A stretch of 64,000 bases of DNA from Bixzunavirus tonenili. Taxonomy: Duplodnaviria > Heunggongvirae > Uroviricota > Caudoviricetes. The DNA lies in IMG/VR virus record IMGVR_UViG_2706796412_000001, positions 64,001-128,000 of that record; one strand, given 5' to 3'. Of this stretch, positions 30,017-35,590 are shown one piece after another. The position numbers were made by a program, and so were the translations under genes. The notes under the pieces were generated by a model. The model made no database searches, was not told the DNA's origin, and saw only the letters and a list, made by a program, of their open reading frames with translations. Within the stretch, counting starts at the first letter, position 1. The number at the start of each line of letters is the position of its first letter.

Positions 30017-30262
30017 ATGTCCACACTCACTCTCCCCGCCACCATCAACGAGACCTCGTTCGCGGTCGCCTACACCGACGCCACCGCGCTGGTGCTCGAC
30101 GCGGTCGCACTGACCGGCTCTGCCCGCAAGGAGAAGCTGGCTCAGGCGCGCGGTCGCTTGCAGGCCGCGCTGACCCTCACCGGCCTGCCCGAGGAGACCG
30201 TGTTGGCCAAGCAGCTGATCGCCACGCTGAACTACTACGCGCAGCAGGGCCTCGATGTCTGA
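30017..30262 (+). CDS. hypothetical protein
   Basis: 81 aa, AGGAGG RBS with CA-rich leader. Confidence 0.7.
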   Translation: MSTLTLPATINETSFAVAYTDATALVLDAVALTGSARKEKLAQARGRLQAALTLTGLPEETVLAKQLIATLNYYAQQGLDV

Positions 30263-30473
30263 CCTGCGCACCCGCGTCCTGGACGATCGTCAGCATGGCC
30301 GAGGCCTCTGGCGGTCGGACTGGACCGGAGTGCTCTACCGCCATCACGAACACAGCTGGCAGATGTTCTTCGAGGGCCGCTGGCAGCAGTGCGTGAACGA
30401 AAGGTCCACCGCCCGCTACTACCTCTACGGCACCAACGGCGAGACGTTCATCCGAGTAGGGGAGGTCCTGTGA
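30255..30473 (+). CDS. hypothetical protein
   Basis: 72 aa, overlaps both neighbours. Confidence 0.6.
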   Translation: MSDLRTRVLDDRQHGRGLWRSDWTGVLYRHHEHSWQMFFEGRWQQCVNERSTARYYLYGTNGETFIRVGEVL

Positions 30474-30658
30474 TCGACCCGTCCGACATCATCACCTTGT
30501 GTGCCCACTGCGGCTATGCCATCCAGTCCCGGCGCTACCACTGGATCGGCGACGAGACCGGCGAGCCCTGTAGCGACACGGCCTGGGACCACTTCGCCCG
30601 TAATATGTTCACCGCTCACGTGGCCACGCCCAAGCTGTCGTTCCGGGAGGCACGATGA
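30470..30658 (+). CDS. hypothetical Cys/His protein
   Basis: GGAGG RBS, GTGA overlap; MIDPSDIITLCAHCG... Confidence 0.6.
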   Translation: MIDPSDIITLCAHCGYAIQSRRYHWIGDETGEPCSDTAWDHFARNMFTAHVATPKLSFREAR

Positions 30659-30882
30659 TCGATCCGTCCGACATCTGGGTGGGCCGGTACGTGCGCCTCG
30701 CGCCGCGCGGTCGCGGAAGGGTCTACGAGGTGGTCGAAGTCAGGGTGTCGCCAGACGGTCAGTGGTTTCGGGTCGCGGCCACAGCGCGGCACCGGCAGGC
30801 GGCGAAGCGTGTACCTGATGCGTTGCGCTGGTACGCAGCCGACGAGCTGTTCCCCATGGGGAAGGCGAGGGCGCCGCGATGA
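30655..30882 (+). CDS. hypothetical protein
   Basis: GGAGG RBS; MIDPSDIWVGRYV... Confidence 0.6.
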   Translation: MIDPSDIWVGRYVRLAPRGRGRVYEVVEVRVSPDGQWFRVAATARHRQAAKRVPDALRWYAADELFPMGKARAPR

Positions 30883-31079
30883 CCCAGCGATACGCCTCTG
30901 AGACCGCGTGCAGTCGCATGGCGGCAGGAACTTGTCCCGAGTGCGGCCAGGCGCCGGAACGACACCTCGCGTCGACCGCCTTCTGGCTCCCACGTCATTG
31001 CGACCTGACGCCAGCCGGGGTGACTGACCGCATTACAGCATTCAGGGAAGATCATACGGAGACGGAGGGCCAGCCGTGA
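30879..31079 (+). CDS. hypothetical Zn-finger-like protein
   Basis: CPECG...H...C motif; ATGA overlap. Confidence 0.55.
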   Translation: MTQRYASETACSRMAAGTCPECGQAPERHLASTAFWLPRHCDLTPAGVTDRITAFREDHTETEGQP

Positions 31080-31528
31080 GCCCCGGATGGGTCCTGCTGG
31101 GCTTGGGGCAGCTCACGGTGACCTTCTGGGGCACCTGGTGGCTCATTCACCCCAACCACGCCCATGAGCGGCAGCTGGTGCTCTCTCGGCTGACCTTGCG
31201 GCGCAATCGTGTCGAGCGTCCGGCCAAGCGGTCGCGCGCCAAACGGAAGGCTCCGGGCATGGACGCCCTGTACACGGGCATCGGCATCTCCGCGATGCTG
31301 GACATGCCGGGCATCCGGGCCGACACCAGGGAGGCCGGACGTTTCCGGACCTCGATCAACGGACGGGCCCTCTACGAGGAGGCGCGCAAGCCCAAAAGTA
31401 AGAGTCGGTCACCATTCCTCACCATCGATTCCCGAGCCTTCCCCGAGACGGTGTGTGCCCACTGCAAGACACCGATGAGGGGCCAATTGGTGAGGGGCCA
31501 ATTGGTGTGGACGACGGCCAATTGGTGA
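31076..31528 (+). CDS. hypothetical membrane-anchored protein
   Basis: Hydrophobic N-terminus; CAHC near C-terminus. Confidence 0.55.
   Translation: MSPGWVLLGLGQLTVTFWGTWWLIHPNHAHERQLVLSRLTLRRNRVERPAKRSRAKRKAPGMDALYTGIGISAMLDMPGIRADTREAGRFRTSINGRALYEEARKPKSKSRSPFLTIDSRAFPETVCAHCKTPMRGQLVRGQLVWTTANW
31481..31527. repeat. three direct copies of GGCCAATTGGTG (palindromic CCAATTGG core)
   Basis: Copies at 31481, 31496 and 31516. Confidence 0.85.
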
Positions 31529-31561
31529 GGAGCCATACGATCTACCACCCGAAATAATCGT

Positions 31562-31589
31562 TTGCCGCATCGCGACAGTCTGATACGCT
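31562..31589 (+). promoter_or_regulatory. SigA-type promoter for first tRNA block
   Basis: TTGCCG-16-(TGa)TACGCT. Confidence 0.55.
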
Positions 31590-31596
31590 TGCTTTC

Positions 31597-31714
31597 GTGT
31601 TCAAGAGTTCCGGCATCGGTCGACCCGAAAGCCCGCGATGGCGATATCAGCCGTCGCTGGGTCGGTAGCTCACACCTTCCTCCGCGCTCTGCTGATATCG
31701 CGCCTCCGACACCA
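31597..31714 (+). ncRNA. putative structured leader ncRNA
   Basis: 11-bp perfect stem GCGATATCAGC/GCTGATATCGC, paired termini, ends ACCA next to tRNA-Pro. Confidence 0.4.
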
Positions 31715-31788
31715 CGGGGTGTAGTTCAGTTTGGAAGAGCGCTTGGTTTGGGACCAAGATGTCGCAGGTTCGAATCCTGTCACCCCGA
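31715..31788 (+). tRNA. tRNA-Pro(TGG)
   Basis: Cloverleaf; CTTGG-TT TGG GA-CCAAG. Confidence 0.95.
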
Positions 31789-31805
31789 CTCAGCGACTTC
31801 CCCGT

Positions 31806-31881
31806 TGGGGTGAAGCCGATCCGGAAGGCAGCGGTCTCCAAAGCCGTCTCATAGCGGGTTCGAATCCCGTCACCCCTGCCA
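31806..31881 (+). tRNA. tRNA-Trp(CCA)
   Basis: Cloverleaf; GCGGT-CT CCA AA-GCCGT; CCA encoded; 1:72 U-U mismatch. Confidence 0.85.
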
Positions 31882-31882
31882 A

Positions 31883-31968
31883 GCCGCACATGCCCAACTG
31901 GTGTTGGGAGCAGACTGTAAATCTGTGGCCCTAGGGACGGTGAGGTTCGATTCCTCAGTGCGGTACCA
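31883..31968 (+). tRNA. tRNA-Tyr(GTA)
   Basis: Long variable arm; GCAGA-CT GTA AA-TCTGT; CCA encoded. Confidence 0.95.
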
Positions 31969-31977
31969 CGTGTTAAT

Positions 31978-31994
31978 CTGTAGCTCGACTACAG
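31978..31994. promoter_or_regulatory. perfect palindromic operator-like site CTGTAG-N5-CTACAG
   Basis: Exact palindrome matching the recurring motif. Confidence 0.55.
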
Positions 31995-32136
31995 GGCAAC
32001 ACGGAGAGTGACCTCATGTTTCACTACTGCTCCAGCTGCGGAAGCTCGGCTCTGGCCAATCACCAGAGCACTTGCCGCACTTTCAGGTATGACATAACCC
32101 GGGCACAGGGCCCGGGTCCGCCTGGAAGACCCGACC

Positions 32137-32577
32137 ATGAGCAGAACAGACAAGACCAAGCCCCTGCACGTCAAGCTCGCCCACGGCGATCTGGCCTGGC
32201 AGGAAGTTCACGACCACACTGACGGCCCTTGTGACCTCCCCAGGCCACGAGATCTCGACAGCTACGGCTGGACGTCGTCGTCCGGGCGTCGGTGTTACCG
32301 CACCTTCGTCTACACCGGTACGCACATCTGCTGCTGCAGCCTGTGCCACGGCGACGGAGGTTGGGATCTCCGTCCTGGCAAGCGTCAGCGCATTGAGAGC
32401 AAGCGCGTCGTGCGCGACTGGGAGGACGAGTCCGGTCACTGGTGTGGCCGACCGGCCTGCCAGGAGTGTCTGGACACCTACCTTGCCTACGAGTACGAGA
32501 ACGATGATGTCGTCGAGAACAGGTTGCTGATGGCACAGCCTGAAGCGGTTCAGTACCTCGGCGTCAGCAAACTTTGA
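32137..32577 (+). CDS. hypothetical Cys/His-rich protein
   Basis: 146 aa; HxxGxC, CCCxxC and CxxPACxxC motifs. Confidence 0.6.
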   Translation: MSRTDKTKPLHVKLAHGDLAWQEVHDHTDGPCDLPRPRDLDSYGWTSSSGRRCYRTFVYTGTHICCCSLCHGDGGWDLRPGKRQRIESKRVVRDWEDESGHWCGRPACQECLDTYLAYEYENDDVVENRLLMAQPEAVQYLGVSKL

Positions 32578-32586
32578 GATTGGTTC

Positions 32587-32616
32587 TTGACAGGGTCTAG
32601 CAACCTGTCCTACCGT
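32587..32616 (+). promoter_or_regulatory. strong SigA-type promoter
   Basis: TTGACA-18-TACCGT upstream of Pth2-like gene and main RNA array; GACAGG/CCTGTC inverted repeat overlaps it. Confidence 0.75.
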
Positions 32617-32628
32617 GAAGGCATGTAG

Positions 32629-33003
32629 GTGACAAACCCTCAAGCCCCCGACAAGTTCTACATCGCTGTCCGGGGTGATCTCCCGCCCGGTCTCCAGCTG
32701 GCCCAGAGCGTTCACGCCATGGCCGAGTTCTGGGACCAGCATCCCACTTTCGCCCGCAGCTGGCGGCATCGTTCCAACTTCCTGGTCGTGGTCTCCGTGC
32801 CCGACGAGGAGGCTCTGCTCGCGCTGGCCAGTGAGGCCGCGATCGGCAAGGGGCTGTGCACCACGCTGGTCTGCGAGCCGGATCTGGGCGACGAACATAC
32901 CGCGCTGGCCATCCAACCTGGACCAGCTGCCGCAGCTCTGTGCGCGTCGTTCAAGCTGGCGCTGCGCAATGCGGTAGACATGGATCGGGAGGTCGTGGGG
33001 TAA
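32629..33003 (+). CDS. peptidyl-tRNA hydrolase 2-like protein (Pth2/PTRHD1 fold)
   Basis: YIAVRGDL...AQSVHA...LVVVSVPDEEAL...EPDLG...TALAI signature. Confidence 0.8.
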   Translation: MTNPQAPDKFYIAVRGDLPPGLQLAQSVHAMAEFWDQHPTFARSWRHRSNFLVVVSVPDEEALLALASEAAIGKGLCTTLVCEPDLGDEHTALAIQPGPAAAALCASFKLALRNAVDMDREVVG

Positions 33004-33012
33004 CCAAGACAA

Positions 33013-33089
33013 GCCGGAGACCAGGACGGACCTGAGCCAAGCTCGGTCGCCGGTCGGTCAGGAGGTATCGAGCCCTCCCTCCGGCACCA
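33013..33089 (+). ncRNA. non-canonical tRNA-like RNA (possible Leu-CAA, reduced D arm)
   Basis: Perfect acceptor GCCGGAG/CTCCGGC plus ACCA; T-like arm GGAGG/CCTCC with 8-nt loop. Confidence 0.55.
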
Positions 33090-33090
33090 G

Positions 33091-33160
33091 GTCCCGCAGC
33101 AGGAAAACAGATCATGCTGATTCAGCTGCTCACGAGGCTCGTGACCTCGGCGGGACACCA
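33091..33160 (+). ncRNA. non-canonical tRNA-like RNA (D-armless)
   Basis: Perfect acceptor GTCCCGC/GCGGGAC plus ACCA; T-like arm CGAGG-CTCGTGA-CCTCG. Confidence 0.55.
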
Positions 33161-33161
33161 A

Positions 33162-33219
33162 GGGAGAGGCAGGCGTGCCAATGTCGACCAGGGTGGTTCG
33201 AATCCACCCTCTCCCACCA
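33162..33219 (+). ncRNA. 58-nt D-armless mini-tRNA
   Basis: Acceptor GGGAGAG/CTCTCCC plus ACCA; canonical T arm GGTGG-TTCGAAT-CCACC. Confidence 0.65.
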
Positions 33220-33286
33220 GCCCGGTGACATGGGGAACAGGGTTTCGCGCGAATCCTGTAGGAGGTTCGAGTCCTTCCCCGGGGCA
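33220..33286 (+). ncRNA. non-canonical tRNA-like RNA with extended anticodon stem
   Basis: T arm GGAGG-TTCGAGT-CCTTC; CAGGGTT/AATCCTG stem; bulged acceptor. Confidence 0.45.
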
Positions 33287-33313
33287 AACTGGACATCTCG
33301 GTGTCCAGCAAAC

Positions 33314-33384
33314 GCACCATTTGCTCAATGGCAGAGCGGCGGCTTCTAACCCCGTGAGTGCCGGTTCGATTCCGGCATGGTGCA
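33314..33384 (+). tRNA. probable amber-suppressor tRNA (CTA)
   Basis: Acceptor GCACCAT/ATGGTGC; loop TT CTA AC with 4-bp stem and C.C at 31:39; canonical D and T arms. Confidence 0.7.
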
Positions 33385-33535
33385 CAACGAGCAAGGAATA
33401 AATCCCTTGCGCTTTGCTGTGGACGCATCTACTCTGGTCAAGTCAGTTCAGCTACGGATGAGCAGACCAGGCGCCACGATTGGGCCACAGAACTTCGACA
33501 ATTCCATCGCCCAGAGCACCATCTCTGGGCCGCGT

Positions 33536-33609
33536 AGCGGTGTAGAGCAGCTAGGTAGCTCGCCGGGCTCATAACCCGGAGGACGCGTGTTCGAATCACG
33601 CCACCGCCA
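33536..33609 (+). tRNA. tRNA-fMet(CAT), initiator type
   Basis: 1:72 mismatch (A.C); three G-C pairs in anticodon stem. Confidence 0.9.
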
Positions 33610-33618
33610 CGATGCCAA

Positions 33619-33669
33619 GGCCGACGAGTAGTTCGGTTATCGCTGGTTCGATTCCTGTCGCTCCGGCCA
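33619..33669 (+). pseudogene. tRNA remnant (acceptor plus T arm)
   Basis: GGCCG/CGGCC ends and GGTTCGATTCC; no normal D or anticodon arm. Confidence 0.35.
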
Positions 33670-33823
33670 CAAACCCGGAGCGTTTCCCCAACGTTGGTAG
33701 GGGAGACCGGACCTCACATCATGTCTTGGCACCCAAGTATCCCCGGTCTGGTCATCCGGCGGGCGCGCGGTCATTAGGGTCATCCTCCTGAACGCCGGGC
33801 GTGGAACAAAATGACCACTCAGT

Positions 33824-33894
33824 GCGCCTTTGGCGGAATGGCTACGTGCTCGGCTGCAACCCGAGTTATCCCGGTTCGACTCCGGGAGGGCGCT
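33824..33894 (+). tRNA. tRNA-Cys(GCA)
   Basis: CTCGG-CT GCA AC-CCGAG; U73. Confidence 0.95.
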
Positions 33895-33899
33895 CGCAT

Positions 33900-33973
33900 G
33901 GTCCGTTGGAGTAGATGGATATCTCGCCACCCTCTCAAGGTGGAGATCACGGGTTCAAGTCCCGTACGGACTG
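33900..33973 (+). tRNA. tRNA-Glu(CTC)
   Basis: CCACC-CT CTC AA-GGTGG. Confidence 0.95.
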
Positions 33974-33975
33974 CT

Positions 33976-34047
33976 GTGGCCGTAGTTCAGCGGTAGAACA
34001 CCGGGTTGTGATCCCGGACGCCGTCGGTTCGAATCCGACCGGTCACC
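33976..34047 (+). tRNA. tRNA-His(GTG)
   Basis: CCGGG-TT GTG AT-CCCGG; C73; position -1 is T. Confidence 0.95.
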
Positions 34048-34051
34048 CAGT

Positions 34052-34205
34052 GGGCCAGGGTCCTGTGAGTACCTGTATTGAGGCGCTCCCGCCGCCAAGA
34101 AGCCCACAAGCGGGAAATCCCGACCGTCACGTGACCCCTGCGTGGCGGCTCTGCGTAAGCCACCACCTCAGTCCTGCGCGCGGGACGGGGAGGGTACAGG
34201 GGCCC
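34052..34205 (+). ncRNA. putative 154-nt structured ncRNA between tRNA-His and tRNA-Ala
   Basis: Long bulged closing stem plus several internal hairpins. Confidence 0.45.
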
Positions 34206-34207
34206 TC

Positions 34208-34280
34208 GGGCCTATAGCTCATCTGGTAGAGCGCCTGCCTTGCAAGCAGGAGGCGGCAGGTTCAAGTCCTGTTAGGTCCA
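34208..34280 (+). tRNA. tRNA-Ala(TGC)
   Basis: G3:U70; CCTGC-CT TGC AA-GCAGG. Confidence 0.95.
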
Positions 34281-34390
34281 CGCTAAAGTGGTGTAGTTCC
34301 AGATCTTCGCCTGACGAAAACCGGTGCGACGGCACTCAATCCGGTCAACCGAGGGGTTTGACGAAGGTCAGGTCTTCGTCGGTCACCCGT

Positions 34391-34468
34391 GCCGGGATGG
34401 TCGTCGAGGGCAAGCACACCGGGCTCATAACCCGGAGGCGGGAGGGCTGGGAGGTCTCCCCTGCGGCT
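34391..34468 (+). ncRNA. degenerate tRNA-like element carrying an exact copy of the fMet anticodon arm
   Basis: CCGGGCTCATAACCCGGAGG at 34419-34438 identical to 33563-33582; no TTC loop. Confidence 0.5.
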
Positions 34469-34470
34469 CT

Positions 34471-34542
34471 GCCGTCATAGCTCAGTTGGTAGAGCACTGG
34501 CCTGAAAACCCAGTGGCCGAGGTTCGATTCCTCGTGTCGGCA
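34471..34542 (+). tRNA. tRNA-Phe(GAA)
   Basis: Loop CT GAA AA; canonical D and T arms. Confidence 0.92.
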
Positions 34543-34625
34543 CGCTGGCGCCTGGCAGTGCGGGTCGCAGCCCCGGATAAGCCGCTGTCAGGCCCGGTAA
34601 CCCCTGGGAGGGATCTCAGGGAACT

Positions 34626-34698
34626 GTCCGTTTAGCTCAGCTGGAAGAGCGCTCGGTCCACACCCGAGAGGCCGCAGGTTCGATCCCTGCAATGGACA
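34626..34698 (+). tRNA. tRNA-Val(CAC)
   Basis: CTCGG-TC CAC AC-CCGAG (C33). Confidence 0.92.
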
Positions 34699-34700
34699 CG

Positions 34701-34775
34701 CTGTAAGGCCGAATGACGTCGATTATCTGCTCCATTGTTGCAGGCCGAGGGTTCGATTCCCAGGCTATTTACGGG
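34701..34775 (+). pseudogene. degenerate tRNA-like element
   Basis: Weak acceptor CTGTAAG/TTTACGG; GGGTTCGATTCCC T loop; irregular anticodon arm. Confidence 0.35.
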
Positions 34776-34820
34776 ACTGGCTGTCCTATCGGTGTCTCCA
34801 CCATGTCTTGCAGTACACAT

Positions 34821-34892
34821 GCCTTCGTAGCTCAGTGGTAGAGCTGCCGCCTCTTAAGCGGTAGGTCGTTGGTTCGAATCCAGCCGGGGGCA
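34821..34892 (+). tRNA. tRNA-Lys(CTT)
   Basis: GCCGC-CT CTT AA-GCGGT. Confidence 0.95.
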
Positions 34893-34896
34893 CTTT

Positions 34897-34971
34897 GGTC
34901 GGGTGGTCTGTTGGCAGGCCGGTCGGGTTTTCACCCCGGCGTCATCGCGGGTTCGATTCCCGTCCCGACTG
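34897..34971 (+). tRNA. tRNA-Glu(TTC)
   Basis: TCGGG-TT TTC AC-CCCGG. Confidence 0.9.
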
Positions 34972-35101
34972 CTCTGGGTTTACCACCCGGCTGATGTGCA
35001 CGTCGGCCAAACGGTACACGGGCCTCGGGGGTGTCCTGCCGAGGCGCTGCGGGCACACCGGAACACAACGCTCTCCCGCGCCGGTCACAGGGCACCACAA
35101 C

Positions 35102-35173
35102 GCGGGTGTGGCCGAATGGCTCAGGCACCAGACTTCCACTCTGGCTAAGCAGGTTCGATTCCTGTCATCCGCT
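35102..35173 (+). tRNA. tRNA-Gly(TCC)
   Basis: CCAGA-CT TCC AC-TCTGG. Confidence 0.95.
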
Positions 35174-35233
35174 CGTCATGGTCCTGATGACGGACCAGCA
35201 CCGTGGGGACAGGTGCAGAAGAGTCCCCCATTT

Positions 35234-35306
35234 GCTGCTGTAGCTCACCTGGCAGAGCGTCGGCGTCGTATCCCGAAGGCATCCGGTTCGAGTCCGGACA
35301 GCAGCT
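35234..35306 (+). tRNA. tRNA-Thr(CGT)
   Basis: Loop GT CGT AT; canonical D and T arms. Confidence 0.88.
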
Positions 35307-35315
35307 CAGACGTCT

Positions 35316-35388
35316 GCCCTTGTAGCTCAGTGGTAGAGCACCGACCTTGTAAGTCGGGTTGTCCCGGGTTCGATTCCTGGTTGGGGCC
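35316..35388 (+). tRNA. tRNA-Thr(TGT)
   Basis: CCGAC-CT TGT AA-GTCGG; weak inner acceptor pairs. Confidence 0.88.
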
Positions 35389-35448
35389 CGGCAGGAGGTG
35401 TCCACTCTATGGACTTAATGGGCCTGTGGCTTCGCCTCCTTCCTCAAT

Positions 35449-35520
35449 GCTGATTTAGCTCAGTGGTAGAGCGCCGACTTGGTATGTCGGAGGCCCCGGG
35501 TTCGATCCCCGGATTCAGCT
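35449..35520 (+). tRNA. tRNA-Thr(GGT)
   Basis: CCGAC-TT GGT AT-GTCGG. Confidence 0.93.
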
Positions 35521-35590
35521 CGTTGTACCTGTCACCTCCTTCAGGAGGGTCTCGAATCTGTAGAGACCCGAACCTGAAGAGGGGCATGTC

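Noticed and set aside
32016-32222. Separate CDS 32016..32222
   Set aside because: Overlaps 32137..32577 by 86 bp with weak codon bias; not enough support to annotate.
33314-33384. tRNA-Pyl / pyrrolysine recoding system
   Set aside because: Lacks tRNA-Pyl hallmarks (6-bp anticodon stem, 3-nt variable loop, loss of GG and TTC), and no pylS or pylBCD genes are in the window.
34550-34593. SRP (4.5S) RNA
   Set aside because: The conserved domain IV GGAA tetraloop and CAGG/AGCA internal loop are absent.
35181-35228. Hammerhead ribozyme suggested by CTGATGA
   Set aside because: No stem II followed by GAAA and no cleavage triplet geometry; CTGATGA is the loop region of a simple hairpin.
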